This document shows positions 20,301 to 28,695 of a DNA stretch of 64,000 nt, piece after piece. A program made the translations under genes and the position numbers. The DNA comes from an uncultured virus (IMG/VR IMGVR_UViG_3300022555_003212) (Duplodnaviria > Heunggongvirae > Uroviricota > Caudoviricetes): the IMG/VR virus record IMGVR_UViG_3300022555_003212; one strand, written 5' to 3'. The notes under the pieces were generated by a model. That model was not told the DNA's origin and searched no databases. It was given only the letters and a program-made list of their open reading frames with translations. The stretch's first letter is position 1. The number at the start of each line of letters is the position of its first letter.

Positions 20301-20345
20301 GACAAAACTTGTGTGGGCTTTAATTATAAAATTGTTGTTCAACAT
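14394..20345 (-). CDS. multi-domain glycosyltransferase/methyltransferase/deacetylase (1983 aa)
   Basis: GT4 (RSEGWNLPLIEALACG), SAM-MTase (LEIAAGYG), GT2 (SIVTPFFN, DDFSTD), DxD GT-like (WLDGDC), PIG-L (AHPDDE, GEYGH), GT2-like (CDDD), C-terminal MTase (EIGSFAG, YLDAAH). Confidence 0.85.
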   Translation of the reverse strand: MLNNNFIIKAHTSFVGQTGYNAHARDFFTELSKIVQVKVRNFTVGEVWNGLSATPHEDEKYMTDYQRSLMCEQTVIKGSEPNKGSFYDAPIYSGLNFPKDNLVHIILNETNHHYFFQLDKYGSDFKIAYNVWESTLQPENYFNALLKYDQLWVPTEWQRQCSINQGYPAERVYVVPEAVDGKMFNPEPFNNDLELYKDNRFKFIIFGRWDYRKSTREIIDTFLKTFKKEEPVDLIISVDNPYAVDGCETTEQRLKEYKLEDDRIKILHFLGRKEYVDYLRNGHVFLSCARSEGWNLPLIEALACGTPSIYSDWGAQLEFAKGKGHPVKVVEERPAKEGLEFSYGYGAKLIEGNHGFKSQEGIPGNYIEPDFDDLSKVMRDVYENYWEYKEKAIADSELVRNEFSWENTAKKAYNIITESYEKFQSQPKAQQQVSVQSTVKQYDNVEEQRKWNDPSLWNNDGENWGNSFNLWNNVIFPKISNYVSGKDTLEIAAGYGRLTKHLLDHTKSLSIVELNDNCIKRCRERFGDKIKEYAINNGKTLSMFNDNSFDFIFSWDSFVHMNKEVIDSYLKEIKRVLRSGGYAIIHHSFFSGGNIESFKNKAGRSNMSPDVFNEMLIKYGLELISQEDYHVEETDTISIFKNPNTNNVKFSIVTPFFNAENYVDETIQSVIDQTYTDWEMIVTDDFSTDNTKSKIMQWAVKDSRIKYIEQKEKREIYWNPHKYANGEFVVSLDADDAFLPVALEVLSNTFKNNPEVVYVHANSNHYNENINDESFIRPRYTKMYKFFQNFLDYHQYYVKYNEFRFGETWGGVRAFRNILPKTYSFEQGMDLQLGKHDDLLEILKFEELGKILYLGRVIHNVRMRVTSNTALKKELEFDKIWPFVLERRKNLQLSEPTISRKYDSIWENVYSIYYSSLNKQASRRCVSILNSEYTDSEKALFREIYFDHNIIFDGYTPDVDYYFINGYNVDVIAEQLSNIRNTVVKNTEIVIESKMFESEPDLVVFDGNDIQGTIKPELVKYFSFRWHVYANSYFYAIINLEVKKMTLDEISKISPELIPSLIKNTSQTIAPTIAPIITPTIAPTNANFVFLTGGDINYLPAVERCVKSLEVFSTIPVIVYGFNCDVNFNYPNMLFSRRVDTTLEHKFGRDTRLYYSKIYASIDCIEKDPTKTYIWLDGDCIATKNIDRIKTFGSMLENYPLCMRYKHDTLVHWRTIDGVKQEKYHGEELGTLLDVKRNMNFTVATGLYMFDLRSMTFLKKVIEIHEAIVDVNPENCSDDMALAEERLFNCLFWKYNYKRFMPITWLSKDYHTDYLPKYMEILDNKKFDIMYDFTDEDNINEVSDNKIIFYHGQRNPQIADKFLEDYKISLNTPADKLMIVAHPDDETIFGGGMILKETGWKVLVVTDGSGDNNDSKVRQNEFENAMLKLGVSDYEFLNYPDALSTIPYNESDVERDIADTINSRKFTKIVTHNENGEYGHIIHKSVHNIVKKINPDNLYFFTDEAQQLDDIIYQNKIRILKTYKSQVTDLPGFHKYLQFEGVKKKSDTSPTMVRGRVIAQMATIPSRRSILMNAVNSILPQVDELHITLNGYSISEIPYELVASDKITYKITNNDIGDAYKFYDVDKRNGYVVICDDDFIYPPNFVEYMISKVEKYDRKAIIGLHGRKMPPRPITTYWAVEPYKSLDDVIGDQKVDVIATCATVYHSSTLKISLDDFNGAKTCGFFNADIWFSCIAQEQKVDMIVAEHSSDFLKYLSPSGGTVWDQYTIAKDKEICDVYNSYFTIVGDFYGERTEDAIDRILSTARMFYHPYDYNDQNNNCHGLYELIKDNVTPDFRICEIGSFAGVSSELFALHCKELYCIDRWNSYLDMREGGHIDIDKLIESEKQFDIMKEKYDNIIKIKNDSLQACGLFGDNVFDLVYLDAAHDYDNVKAEIAAWYPKIKTGGFLSGHDINDDGVKRAVEEMVGINYKTYPDDSWIIKK
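17095..17148 (-). repeat. 12-bp degenerate tandem repeat encoding a TIAP linker
   Basis: QTIAPTIAPIITPTIAPT. Confidence 0.7.
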
Positions 20346-20389
20346 TAAGTGTTATTATTTTTATATGTATTTATAAATTTTGGCTGGTC

Positions 20390-20800
20390 TCAGGTGCCAA
20401 TATTTTTAATTATTTGATCCAATTTGGCTAATCTATCATATTTAATCCCGATTTTAAAAAACTTCAATAGTTTTTGTTCATTTTCCAATTCAAGCATTTT
20501 CTTAGCAAGTGCAGCCATTTCATCTTTAAACATCATAAATTTTAAACCTAAAGAATTCTCGAATAAATCATTATTAAATATAAAAACTGCTGGTTCTAAT
20601 ATACGCACACTATATCTATTACCAGCTTTATGTGAGTATATTGAGCCATCAGATTTAACTGAAATACGCAGCCCATCATTTCTTTTAAAGAAATATATGT
20701 TTCTATTAGAATCATACTCATACGTCCAACAATCTATTGGAGTTATTAATGAAGCATCTATTTTACTATAGATTTCATATTCTAAATCAATATTATTCAT
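20390..20800 (-). CDS. hypothetical, RxxKLxxI tail
   Basis: DRLAKLDQI. Confidence 0.7.
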   Translation of the reverse strand: MNNIDLEYEIYSKIDASLITPIDCWTYEYDSNRNIYFFKRNDGLRISVKSDGSIYSHKAGNRYSVRILEPAVFIFNNDLFENSLGLKFMMFKDEMAALAKKMLELENEQKLLKFFKIGIKYDRLAKLDQIIKNIGT

Positions 20801-21185
20801 TTGAGTTTTCTATTTTAGATATTTTTGCTTTTCTAATAACTGCTTTGTGAAGTCTAATTAATTCTTCAATAATATCATGCCCATGCTTACTTTCATATAC
20901 TGATCTATGCTTAAGTAAATCTTCAATTATTGATGATGATATCTCAGCATCGTCACCAACATTTATACTTTCCATTTCTTTTTTTCGTATTATTTCATTT
21001 CCCATTATTTGAAGCTCACCCACTTTTATTTTTAACATTTCAGCCCATGCTGCATCTTCCTTTTTAAATTTCTCAGATTTATTAGCTGATTCTTTATACC
21101 GCTCTATTTCCTTACATAATTTATCTTGCTCGGCTGCAAAATCCTTATCCAATTCATATGCACTTACTAATTTCTTCTGTTCCAT
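20793..21185 (-). CDS. coiled-coil protein, RxxKIxxI tail
   Basis: IRKAKISKI. Confidence 0.7.
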   Translation of the reverse strand: MEQKKLVSAYELDKDFAAEQDKLCKEIERYKESANKSEKFKKEDAAWAEMLKIKVGELQIMGNEIIRKKEMESINVGDDAEISSSIIEDLLKHRSVYESKHGHDIIEELIRLHKAVIRKAKISKIENSNE

Positions 21186-21190
21186 TTCTA

Positions 21191-21217
21191 TTATATCAAA
21201 TTTGGTATGGTTTGTTT
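21191..21217 (-). promoter_or_regulatory. AAAC-N17-ATATAA motif (putative phage middle promoter), representative copy
   Basis: same spacing at 24449-24475(-), 36947-36973(+) and 46179-46205(-); one-mismatch copies at 1756-1782(+) and 62481-62507(-). Confidence 0.6.
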
Positions 21218-21265
21218 TAAATTCTGTATCTTGAATTTAATATATAAACAAAAAAACTCATTTCA

Positions 21266-21847
21266 ATGGATAAATTTTCAAATATTCAGAATCAAGTACC
21301 ACCAGTTGAAGAAGAAGAAGTGTACCATAACGATCATATTAATATAATCAAATATAAAAACAATGAAATTATCGTAGGTAAAGATTCAATTGCTGTATTA
21401 CCATATATGATTGATGAAGGTATGATTTTTATGCGATTAGAATATTTGCCAGCTTATCAATATCGGAACAAAGATAACCAAAATATGAAAAATATCACAA
21501 ATTATCTGACTGTAATTACTGGTGGGATAGAGAAAGGAGAAACACCACAACAAGCTTTAAGACGTGAGCTATTTGAAGAAGGTGGGATTGCGGTAAGCAA
21601 CATGTATGATTTTGAAATTGAAGGACCATTCTTTCAAGGTAAATATGGCACATCAGTTCTTTACACTTGCATAATGGAGCTTCGTATGAGTCATTACAGA
21701 CAAGTAAAACCGCCAACAGACGGTTCTGGAAATGAAAAACTTTCTAAAAATGTGAAAGTTTCTCTTGGCGACCTTGATCATATTGTTACAAACGATTTAA
21801 TTACAAAATTTCTATTGACAAAATTGAAATCTGATTTTAAATTATGA
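21266..21847 (+). CDS. NUDIX hydrolase
   Basis: Nudix box GGIEKGETPQQALRRELFEEGG. Confidence 0.85.
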   Translation: MDKFSNIQNQVPPVEEEEVYHNDHINIIKYKNNEIIVGKDSIAVLPYMIDEGMIFMRLEYLPAYQYRNKDNQNMKNITNYLTVITGGIEKGETPQQALRRELFEEGGIAVSNMYDFEIEGPFFQGKYGTSVLYTCIMELRMSHYRQVKPPTDGSGNEKLSKNVKVSLGDLDHIVTNDLITKFLLTKLKSDFKL

Positions 21848-22311
21848 TAACATTATTTGAAGATTATACCAAACCAGCATTTTTATGCGTAGATGAGCTT
21901 TTTCATGAGCTTGTTATTAATGGTAAATATTCTGATTTATGGTCACATAAAGGAAACTATGATATAAATGCATTCAAGGATTTTGTGTATAAAATAATAT
22001 GTAGTCAACTAATTGAATTTGATTGCCTTGGTTTGGCAAAAGCTGGAGGGTGGGACAATACCCATATCAAATGTGTAAATACATCGCATAAAGGAATTGT
22101 GAAAGCAATATGTTGGGATCAAATGATGAATAATAATGATTTTTATTTTGGATTATCAGTCGATGATAATAGCATCTTTAATTACTCTCATCCATATCAT
22201 TCTGTTAATGGAAAAACTATAATAAAAATACTGAGCCCACTTCAAGAAGATTTGAAAAAAATGTTAGATGAAATAAATAAAGAAAAAAGATTTAATCAAT
22301 TCGATTTATAA
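21844..22311 (+). CDS. N-tag + FDL-tail protein
   Basis: MITLFE...NQFDL. Confidence 0.8.
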   Translation: MITLFEDYTKPAFLCVDELFHELVINGKYSDLWSHKGNYDINAFKDFVYKIICSQLIEFDCLGLAKAGGWDNTHIKCVNTSHKGIVKAICWDQMMNNNDFYFGLSVDDNSIFNYSHPYHSVNGKTIIKILSPLQEDLKKMLDEINKEKRFNQFDL

Positions 22312-22803
22312 ATCGAATTTGACTGTGCTTGTGAATACTTTAAAATTTTTAAACGTGGCATATTTAATAAAATCAGCCAAATCATTAGTATCAAACTCAG
22401 CACACCCCTGATCACCAGCTCTTTCCCATTTATCTTTTGCCAAAGGAAACGCATATATAAAATTCATTATTCCAAATAATTTATTTAATGTATCTTCTTG
22501 TATAATTGCCTCGGCACGTTGATCTGGTGATTCAGTTTTAATAACACTGTTCCTAAATGAAAGTCTTACTTTGTTTGGGGTATGAGATAAATTGAATATA
22601 TAAAGCCCATCAAATCCAATAAACTCATTTTTATTTACATTCGAAAATGGTAAATAATAATGGGCATCATCCCATGATTCTATCTTCTTTATAATTTCAA
22701 TATCTAAAATATTTTCAACGAACTTAACTAAATGCTCACGAAATTGGATATATTCAGTATGATCTTCGTAATTCTTATTTTCAAATGCAAATAAATGTTT
22801 CAT
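22306..22803 (-). CDS. N-tag + FDL-tail protein
   Basis: MKHLFAFE...VKFDL. Confidence 0.8.
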   Translation of the reverse strand: MKHLFAFENKNYEDHTEYIQFREHLVKFVENILDIEIIKKIESWDDAHYYLPFSNVNKNEFIGFDGLYIFNLSHTPNKVRLSFRNSVIKTESPDQRAEAIIQEDTLNKLFGIMNFIYAFPLAKDKWERAGDQGCAEFDTNDLADFIKYATFKNFKVFTSTVKFDL

Positions 22804-22822
22804 AATTAATATATATAAATAT

Positions 22823-23227
22823 ATGATAACATTATTTGAAGATTACGATAAAATGCTGAATTATAAACTTGGAGTTTCCAATGTTATGGTGCCTTTAATG
22901 GATATCCATAATTTTTTTATTAATGATGAGTCAACAAAACCACTACATGATATTCTAAATTTTCAAAGTTGTTTAAAAGAACTATTAGTTGGAAACGAAG
23001 TGGAATTTAATAGTTCTACTGGAACTCATCATATAAGTATTGTGAAAAATATTGAATCGGCAGTTGATAGAAATGGTATATGGTTTGATATAATATTTAA
23101 ATCCCAGTCATATCGTGCTAAAGTTCTATATAATAGTAATATTCATATAAATAACCCATCACAAAAAACCCTGAAATATTTAAAAGATTTGAATTCAAAA
23201 ATGAAAGGTAAAAGATTTGATTTGTGA
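22823..23227 (+). CDS. N-tag + FDL-tail protein
   Basis: MITLFE...KRFDL. Confidence 0.8.
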   Translation: MITLFEDYDKMLNYKLGVSNVMVPLMDIHNFFINDESTKPLHDILNFQSCLKELLVGNEVEFNSSTGTHHISIVKNIESAVDRNGIWFDIIFKSQSYRAKVLYNSNIHINNPSQKTLKYLKDLNSKMKGKRFDL

Positions 23228-23243
23228 AATCAATATATAACGT

Positions 23244-23420
23244 ATGATAACAATATTCGAAGAATTTATCAATGATACTGAGAATTTCCTGAACCAGCCT
23301 CAGACGTATAAGGCTAATGCGTTCATAAGAAAAAGACGCAAAAGACCAAAGAAAACTTTCATCAACGAATTACCAGGTGCGACAAAAAATGTCAAACTAT
23401 TTTGGGATCGATACTTCTAA
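23244..23420 (+). CDS. short basic N-tag protein (58 aa)
   Basis: MITIFEEFIN...RKRRKRPKK; ATATATA box upstream. Confidence 0.6.
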   Translation: MITIFEEFINDTENFLNQPQTYKANAFIRKRRKRPKKTFINELPGATKNVKLFWDRYF

Positions 23421-23720
23421 TTCAATTAATGCCAATTTAATTTTTCGTTTCCTTTTAATATTGGCAAATGGATCATTTAATTCAAATCCCAAATAGTGAA
23501 CCAAATTCTCATAACGAACAATTTTTGTAGAGCAGCCTTCACCTTGGTATTCGTCATTATAATAAATTGAACTTAGTGGGCTACCTATCGCTGGTCTAAC
23601 TACACAATAAAAAATCTTATGGCTAATTGATGGAATTACATCAATAAGAATTTCTGTTTGAACATTATTAAATTTCAATTCAAGAAAATCCTCAATTAAA
23701 AATTTAAGTTTGTCATTCAT
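23397..23720 (-). CDS. hypothetical, RxxKI-type tail
   Basis: KRKRKIKL. Confidence 0.65.
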   Translation of the reverse strand: MNDKLKFLIEDFLELKFNNVQTEILIDVIPSISHKIFYCVVRPAIGSPLSSIYYNDEYQGEGCSTKIVRYENLVHYLGFELNDPFANIKRKRKIKLALIELEVSIPK

Positions 23721-24430
23721 TATTTTGTTTTTAGGGACCTCAATTTCATTCTACGAGTTTGTCTTAATTTTGAATTTTCATTTGGAATATCACCATAATC
23801 TTCGCTACCAACCAATGTTGATAATGCGCCATGCATTAATACTACATTCTTTGGATTATCTAAATATAAATATGCCAGTTGGCAAGCTGATCCAAATGTA
23901 TTGCCAGAGTGGTCGTCTGACATACTTGGAACCATTTTCTTTTGATCGTTCCAATCAGCTTTTGCAAATATTTGAACTTGTTCTTTTGTTTTGAGAACAT
24001 TGGCAATGTTAATAGCCTCTTCGATACAAAACATTTCGTAAGACTCATATTCAACTCTAAATTTGGGATTATTTTCACGAAATCTTCTAATTCGATCTTG
24101 AAAAAATTGTGGAAGAGCATTAAATCGGGCATCCAGTATTGTCTTAGATTTTTCGAATTCGTCTTCCTTTTCTTGACGCATTCTTTCCAACATCTTCTGC
24201 CGATCATCTTCTAATTGCTGATCAGTTTTATAGAAAACTTTTTTACCATTAATATCAAGTCCTCTTACTGTTGATCCCAATGTGTATAAAACAATATTGT
24301 CTTTGGCTTTTGGGATTACACCCCATTTTGCATCAAGAAAAACCCCGCAACCTGTCGTAGTACTTATTGAGTATCCAGTACCATCTTTATATTTGGTTGC
24401 ACTTTTAATTATTAAATTCTCACCATTCAT
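23720..24430 (-). CDS. hypothetical, RxxKLxxL tail
   Basis: HSGNTFG motif; TRRMKLRSL. Confidence 0.75.
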   Translation of the reverse strand: MNGENLIIKSATKYKDGTGYSISTTTGCGVFLDAKWGVIPKAKDNIVLYTLGSTVRGLDINGKKVFYKTDQQLEDDRQKMLERMRQEKEDEFEKSKTILDARFNALPQFFQDRIRRFRENNPKFRVEYESYEMFCIEEAINIANVLKTKEQVQIFAKADWNDQKKMVPSMSDDHSGNTFGSACQLAYLYLDNPKNVVLMHGALSTLVGSEDYGDIPNENSKLRQTRRMKLRSLKTK

Positions 24431-24474
24431 AATATAAAATTTTAGACCTTATATATGATGAGATTTAAAAAGTT

Positions 24475-24747
24475 TTATTTTTCTGTATTATTTTCAAGTT
24501 TTTCCAACTTTTTGCGTCTGTCGTCACGCAAACGTTCATGCTTTTCTTCTTGATATTCACTTTCAAGAACAAAACGACCTTCCCATGCAGTTTTTGAATT
24601 ACCGTTAATATCAATCACAACATTAGTTTGTTCAATTCCAGTAACGGTATAAGGTTGCCCCTCAATTAATTCTTCATAATCAAAATTATTGACGCAAACT
24701 ATGCGGTCCCCCACAGAAAAAGTATCATATGATTTAACAATTTTCAT
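24475..24747 (-). CDS. SH3/KOW-like protein, RxxKLxxL tail
   Basis: VGDRIVC...DRRKKLEKL. Confidence 0.75.
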   Translation of the reverse strand: MKIVKSYDTFSVGDRIVCVNNFDYEELIEGQPYTVTGIEQTNVVIDINGNSKTAWEGRFVLESEYQEEKHERLRDDRRKKLEKLENNTEK

Positions 24748-24862
24748 CTAAAAATTTCAATTTTAATTTCCTGTATTCTTTTTCTGTAAGAAATTCTTTT
24801 TCTCCAAACCAACATGTAGAAGAATTATTATTCAACTCCAATACAAGGTACCATACAGTGCA

Positions 24863-25267
24863 TCACCAGTTTATATTAGGTTGAGTTAATCTTGGCGGAG
24901 ACAATAAGCTGCCATCTTCTTCGTGCCAATAATATCCAAAAACTTCTTTTACTTTGGATGAATCGCTTTCAGCTACTTTAATTAATTTTGCGTTGCGTTG
25001 CTGACCTTTACTGTAGAAAAATTCATAAATATTGTACAGATTAGGATCAATTGCAACTAAAAATTGATGAAAATTAACACCATACCCATACTCACCATAG
25101 ATTACACAGCCGTATGATTTATTAGCAACATTAAATTCATCCATTATAAAATACTCTTCGCCTTGCTCGAATATCTCAACAATTGTGGTGGCACCAACAG
25201 CAGTTGTTAGCCCGTTTTTGCACAATATCTTATCATCTTTTTTAAACTCTCTATTTGCTTTAGCCAT
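24863..25267 (-). CDS. SH3/KOW-like protein with internal RxxKLxxV
   Basis: FKKDDKILC...QRNAKLIKV. Confidence 0.65.
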   Translation of the reverse strand: MAKANREFKKDDKILCKNGLTTAVGATTIVEIFEQGEEYFIMDEFNVANKSYGCVIYGEYGYGVNFHQFLVAIDPNLYNIYEFFYSKGQQRNAKLIKVAESDSSKVKEVFGYYWHEEDGSLLSPPRLTQPNINW

Positions 25268-25284
25268 AAACTATTATAGAAATA

Positions 25285-25575
25285 TTATTTATTCAAGTTT
25301 AATTTTTCTAATTTTAATTTTCTTGATTTTTTCAAAGTGATAAATGCAACACCAGTATCTATCCCAAAATTTTCATCATCAATGATATCAGCAATTATGG
25401 TTGACTTGCTTAGCATAGGTAAATTTGGATAAAACCAAATACATTTATCAACATGATGAATTGTATATACTTTGCCTTTTGTTAGTAAAGCACGTGCTGT
25501 TTTTTGAGTAAAGCATTTATAATAAGGCTTAACATCAATGCAAATTATTTTATCCCCCTTTACTGGTAGCATCAA
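25285..25575 (-). CDS. SH3/KOW-like protein, RxxKLxxL tail
   Basis: KGDKIIC...SRKLKLEKL. Confidence 0.75.
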   Translation of the reverse strand: MMLPVKGDKIICIDVKPYYKCFTQKTARALLTKGKVYTIHHVDKCIWFYPNLPMLSKSTIIADIIDDENFGIDTGVAFITLKKSRKLKLEKLNLNK

Positions 25576-25912
25576 ATATTTTTTTTAATTTCTCTTTTCT
25601 AAGCCGAACCATTCCCATTGGCTTATATCCTTTTTCTACCCAATCATCATAGTCTGATTCATCTGGAAGCCAGCCCCAGCCGATAAAAAAATTATCAAGT
25701 GGATCATACACAACAGAAAAATACTTCTTGTTAACCTGTATAACATATTTATAAACATCACTATGAGGATCAAGTAAAACATCTATATATTCAGGAACAA
25801 CACCGATATGCTCCATTGCCAGTCTCGCATCTGATACTGGAATTTTCCATATGTGTTTACTATCGTATATTTTTTTATTTTCTGGTGTGTTCCACCATTT
25901 CATATCTGTCAT
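25550..25912 (-). CDS. hypothetical, RxxKLxxI tail
   Basis: LRKEKLKKI. Confidence 0.75.
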   Translation of the reverse strand: MTDMKWWNTPENKKIYDSKHIWKIPVSDARLAMEHIGVVPEYIDVLLDPHSDVYKYVIQVNKKYFSVVYDPLDNFFIGWGWLPDESDYDDWVEKGYKPMGMVRLRKEKLKKIFDATSKGG

Positions 25913-25950
25913 ATTAGCAAAGATATAAAATTTATAAATATATATAGCAT

Positions 25951-26457
25951 ATGATTATGAAATTTTCTATTTTTGAAAGCAGATTTAGTGATTTAGCAAC
26001 TATAACTCGTATCGGAAATACAACCGAAGATGATGAATTTTATAAAACTGCTCGTTCTAATGTAGATAATTCATTTATAAAAGATGAATCATTAATTGAA
26101 AAAGTTTATTGTCACAATCCCAGAAAGGTGATTAGAATAAAATGGAATTCATCTACAACGCATAATATAGTACAAAAAATAAAAGAACGAACAAGTCATC
26201 GTAGTGTCTCAGAATTTAATGATATATTTCAAAAGGTTATTGAATATATCATCCAAAATAAGATTGGCAATCAAATAGATAGAAGTGGAACATACGCATT
26301 ATATCTCAATGAGCATCACTATTATATCCTAATTGAAATTGATTATAATAGAATATTTGATATTTCGCCAATGATATTTGTTGTAACTATTCATATATCA
26401 TCTCCAACAGATTGCTATAAAATTATAATAATAGATGAAAATAATTTAATAAATTAG
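25951..26457 (+). CDS. N-tag protein without FDL tail
   Basis: MIMKFSIFE; ATATATA box. Confidence 0.75.
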   Translation: MIMKFSIFESRFSDLATITRIGNTTEDDEFYKTARSNVDNSFIKDESLIEKVYCHNPRKVIRIKWNSSTTHNIVQKIKERTSHRSVSEFNDIFQKVIEYIIQNKIGNQIDRSGTYALYLNEHHYYILIEIDYNRIFDISPMIFVVTIHISSPTDCYKIIIIDENNLIN

Positions 26458-26463
26458 AATCTA

Positions 26464-26497
26464 AATTTTTTTTATTCGAAATATGTTCGTACATTTG
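26464..26497 (+). promoter_or_regulatory. host-type promoter, T-tract + TACATTTG
   Basis: TAnnTTTG at 26490-26497. Confidence 0.65.
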
Positions 26498-26515
26498 TAT
26501 TCTAAATCGAAACAT

Positions 26516-26746
26516 ATGGCACTCAAAGCAAAAGTAGCAAGAACCCTTTCCCTGATCACCGAAAACAACGGGGTATTTGAAATTCCAGCAGGGCACATCG
26601 AAATGATTTTTGAGAATGATCCTCAGATCATGAAAATTAAAGAAAAATGCAACAAGATTGCGGCCCTGATGAATGACTGTTCAAGTGAAGAACTTGAAGC
26701 CTTTATGCAAAAGGATTTCGAAAAAGATATTTGGAAAATGATTTAA
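26516..26746 (+). CDS. hypothetical protein
   Basis: MALKAKV start downstream of the promoter. Confidence 0.65.
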   Translation: MALKAKVARTLSLITENNGVFEIPAGHIEMIFENDPQIMKIKEKCNKIAALMNDCSSEELEAFMQKDFEKDIWKMI

Positions 26747-26779
26747 GTAAAAAATATGGTATAATTTAAAACGACAACT

Positions 26780-27433
26780 ATGGCACCAATAATGAAAATA
26801 GATAAACGCCCAATTGGAGAGTTTAAAATAAACCTATCGATCAGAACTGGTCATTTCAGTATTGAATATCCTAAGAATCTTCCTGAGGATGTAGCTAAAC
26901 GACTGGAAAATAGCGTATCAAATGGGTCGAAGCCTCTTCTAACTCTTGATGATGCCAAGGCTGAAGTTGATCGTATTGCTGAAGAATACTTTCACAATGA
27001 GATTTTTATCAGAAAGGTGATTGTTATTATTCTCAAAACGTCAGAAAGTAATTATGTGACTGGTAATCGGTTTGGTGGGCAACCTGAAAAAGATGATCTG
27101 CTTCATCGTTGTGAGGGTTTCCAATTGGAATGGCACATTGCTGAAGAATATAAATTCGCAAAGGATTTACGATATAAAATCATCGAATCCAACACCCACA
27201 ATGGTGGAAATATACCAGTAAGGCAGCGGATTGATATTATGCCGCAGCTTATGTGCGGATCAAATTATCGTTTTTTGGAATATCGTGAGGATTTACATAA
27301 CTTCCTTAAAGATATGGACGTTTCGATTTCTTCCATGATCAAAAAAATGGTAGATTATTTCGATAATGACCCAATCAAATTTATTCAAAATTTCGAAAAA
27401 AATCAATTAAAACTTAATTCATCTAATACTTAA
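26780..27433 (+). CDS. hypothetical protein
   Basis: 217-aa ORF in operon. Confidence 0.7.
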   Translation: MAPIMKIDKRPIGEFKINLSIRTGHFSIEYPKNLPEDVAKRLENSVSNGSKPLLTLDDAKAEVDRIAEEYFHNEIFIRKVIVIILKTSESNYVTGNRFGGQPEKDDLLHRCEGFQLEWHIAEEYKFAKDLRYKIIESNTHNGGNIPVRQRIDIMPQLMCGSNYRFLEYREDLHNFLKDMDVSISSMIKKMVDYFDNDPIKFIQNFEKNQLKLNSSNT

Positions 27434-27437
27434 TCAT

Positions 27438-27743
27438 ATGGAAAAATCAACTGCTTTCGCAATATTATTTTTAGGATCATTGGTAATAGTATTTGGTGCT
27501 ATCGCATCCATCATGTACCTGATTAAGAGTGCCCAAAAAGTCCATGTTAAGCTTGATATTGTAGAAAAAGAAGCCAATGACGCAAAGAGTGAAGATGAAT
27601 TGACCACAGCATGGGAAAACCTAAAAATTGTCAATAAGGAATGCTGGCATCGGTCATTTGGGACACGAGTGATAAAAATCAAGACCATTCTTGAAACTAA
27701 ATACCAATTGTTATACGGTGATAAAAATAAAACGTCCAAATGA
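27438..27743 (+). CDS. membrane-anchored hypothetical protein
   Basis: N-terminal TM helix. Confidence 0.65.
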   Translation: MEKSTAFAILFLGSLVIVFGAIASIMYLIKSAQKVHVKLDIVEKEANDAKSEDELTTAWENLKIVNKECWHRSFGTRVIKIKTILETKYQLLYGDKNKTSK

Positions 27744-27958
27744 TAAAATGCAGATGTAAATGCAGGGAAGAACATTTTGAATCGGTTTCTCACAGGACAA
27801 TACGGTGTCTGTTACAAAGAAATGAACGATGTACAAGATTGTGTAAGTTCATTTTAACGGTTATAAAATGGCTAACTGGGCTTACAGTTGATGCTGATTT
27901 TGATGAAAGCTCACTATTAAATGATAAATGGAGAGATGGAATACGTCAAGCAAGATAA
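27740..27958 (+). CDS. small Cys-rich hypothetical protein
   Basis: ATGA overlap. Confidence 0.5.
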   Translation: MIKCRCKCREEHFESVSHRTIRCLLQRNERCTRLCKFILTVIKWLTGLTVDADFDESSLLNDKWRDGIRQAR

Positions 27959-28436
27959 AAATTATACATGCGCTAATGCATGCTTTAGAATGGTGCTATC
28001 AGCTCAGGGATTACCTGACGTTGAAGAATCTGTTTTAGAGGGTATGATGGGCACTTTGCCTGAATGTGGCACTGGATATCAGGGTATGGTTGACGCTGCT
28101 CATCAATTCTGTCTGGAGTGTGTCTACGGTGAAAATGGCACCGTTGAATTAATAGATAATCTGACCCGCAGCGGATGGACTGTTGTTGTAGCACTCAGTG
28201 TTGATGTACCTCACTATGCCGTCTATCAAGAAAATAATGGTAATCATTTATTTCTTGCTGATCCGTTCTTTGGAGAAAGCGTTCCTCATTTAATAAATAA
28301 ATTTAAAAGAGCTACTTGGCTTGTTGATACTCATAGGTATACAAGGGCTGTTAAGGAATCCAATTTGAAGTTCGACAACAACATAAACACCAAGGGCTGG
28401 TATGTTGCCTACAAAAAAAACTATGAAAATCGGTGA
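27921..28436 (+). CDS. C39-like cysteine peptidase
   Basis: QDKNYTCANA (Q..C), PHYAV (H), ADP. Confidence 0.75.
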   Translation: MINGEMEYVKQDKNYTCANACFRMVLSAQGLPDVEESVLEGMMGTLPECGTGYQGMVDAAHQFCLECVYGENGTVELIDNLTRSGWTVVVALSVDVPHYAVYQENNGNHLFLADPFFGESVPHLINKFKRATWLVDTHRYTRAVKESNLKFDNNINTKGWYVAYKKNYENR

Positions 28437-28695
28437 TAAATTATATTGCTTCGAAGATGTTTTTTACGATACTTTATTTAATGAGCCAGACCTTGCTCAA
28501 CCTGATCCGCCACTCAAATTGTTTAGTGCTGGTCAATGGTATGAAATATATGATATTAAAACAAATGATAACTCAACAAGTATAACATTCGTCAGCCCAT
28601 ACGTTTGTTTTGTTGAAATACCACCATTATTTGATAAGCACTTTTATGACCGTAGGAAAGTCAGAAAACTAAAGCTTCAGAAAATATTATTATAA
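28423..28695 (+). CDS. SH3/KOW-like protein, RxxKLxxI tail
   Basis: MKIGDKLYC...VRKLKLQKI. Confidence 0.75.
   Translation: MKIGDKLYCFEDVFYDTLFNEPDLAQPDPPLKLFSAGQWYEIYDIKTNDNSTSITFVSPYVCFVEIPPLFDKHFYDRRKVRKLKLQKILL

Noticed and set aside
24738..24865. TGA readthrough extending 24863..25267 to a second RKLKLKFL tail
   Set aside because: Single case; a fused or broken neighbouring gene explains it equally well
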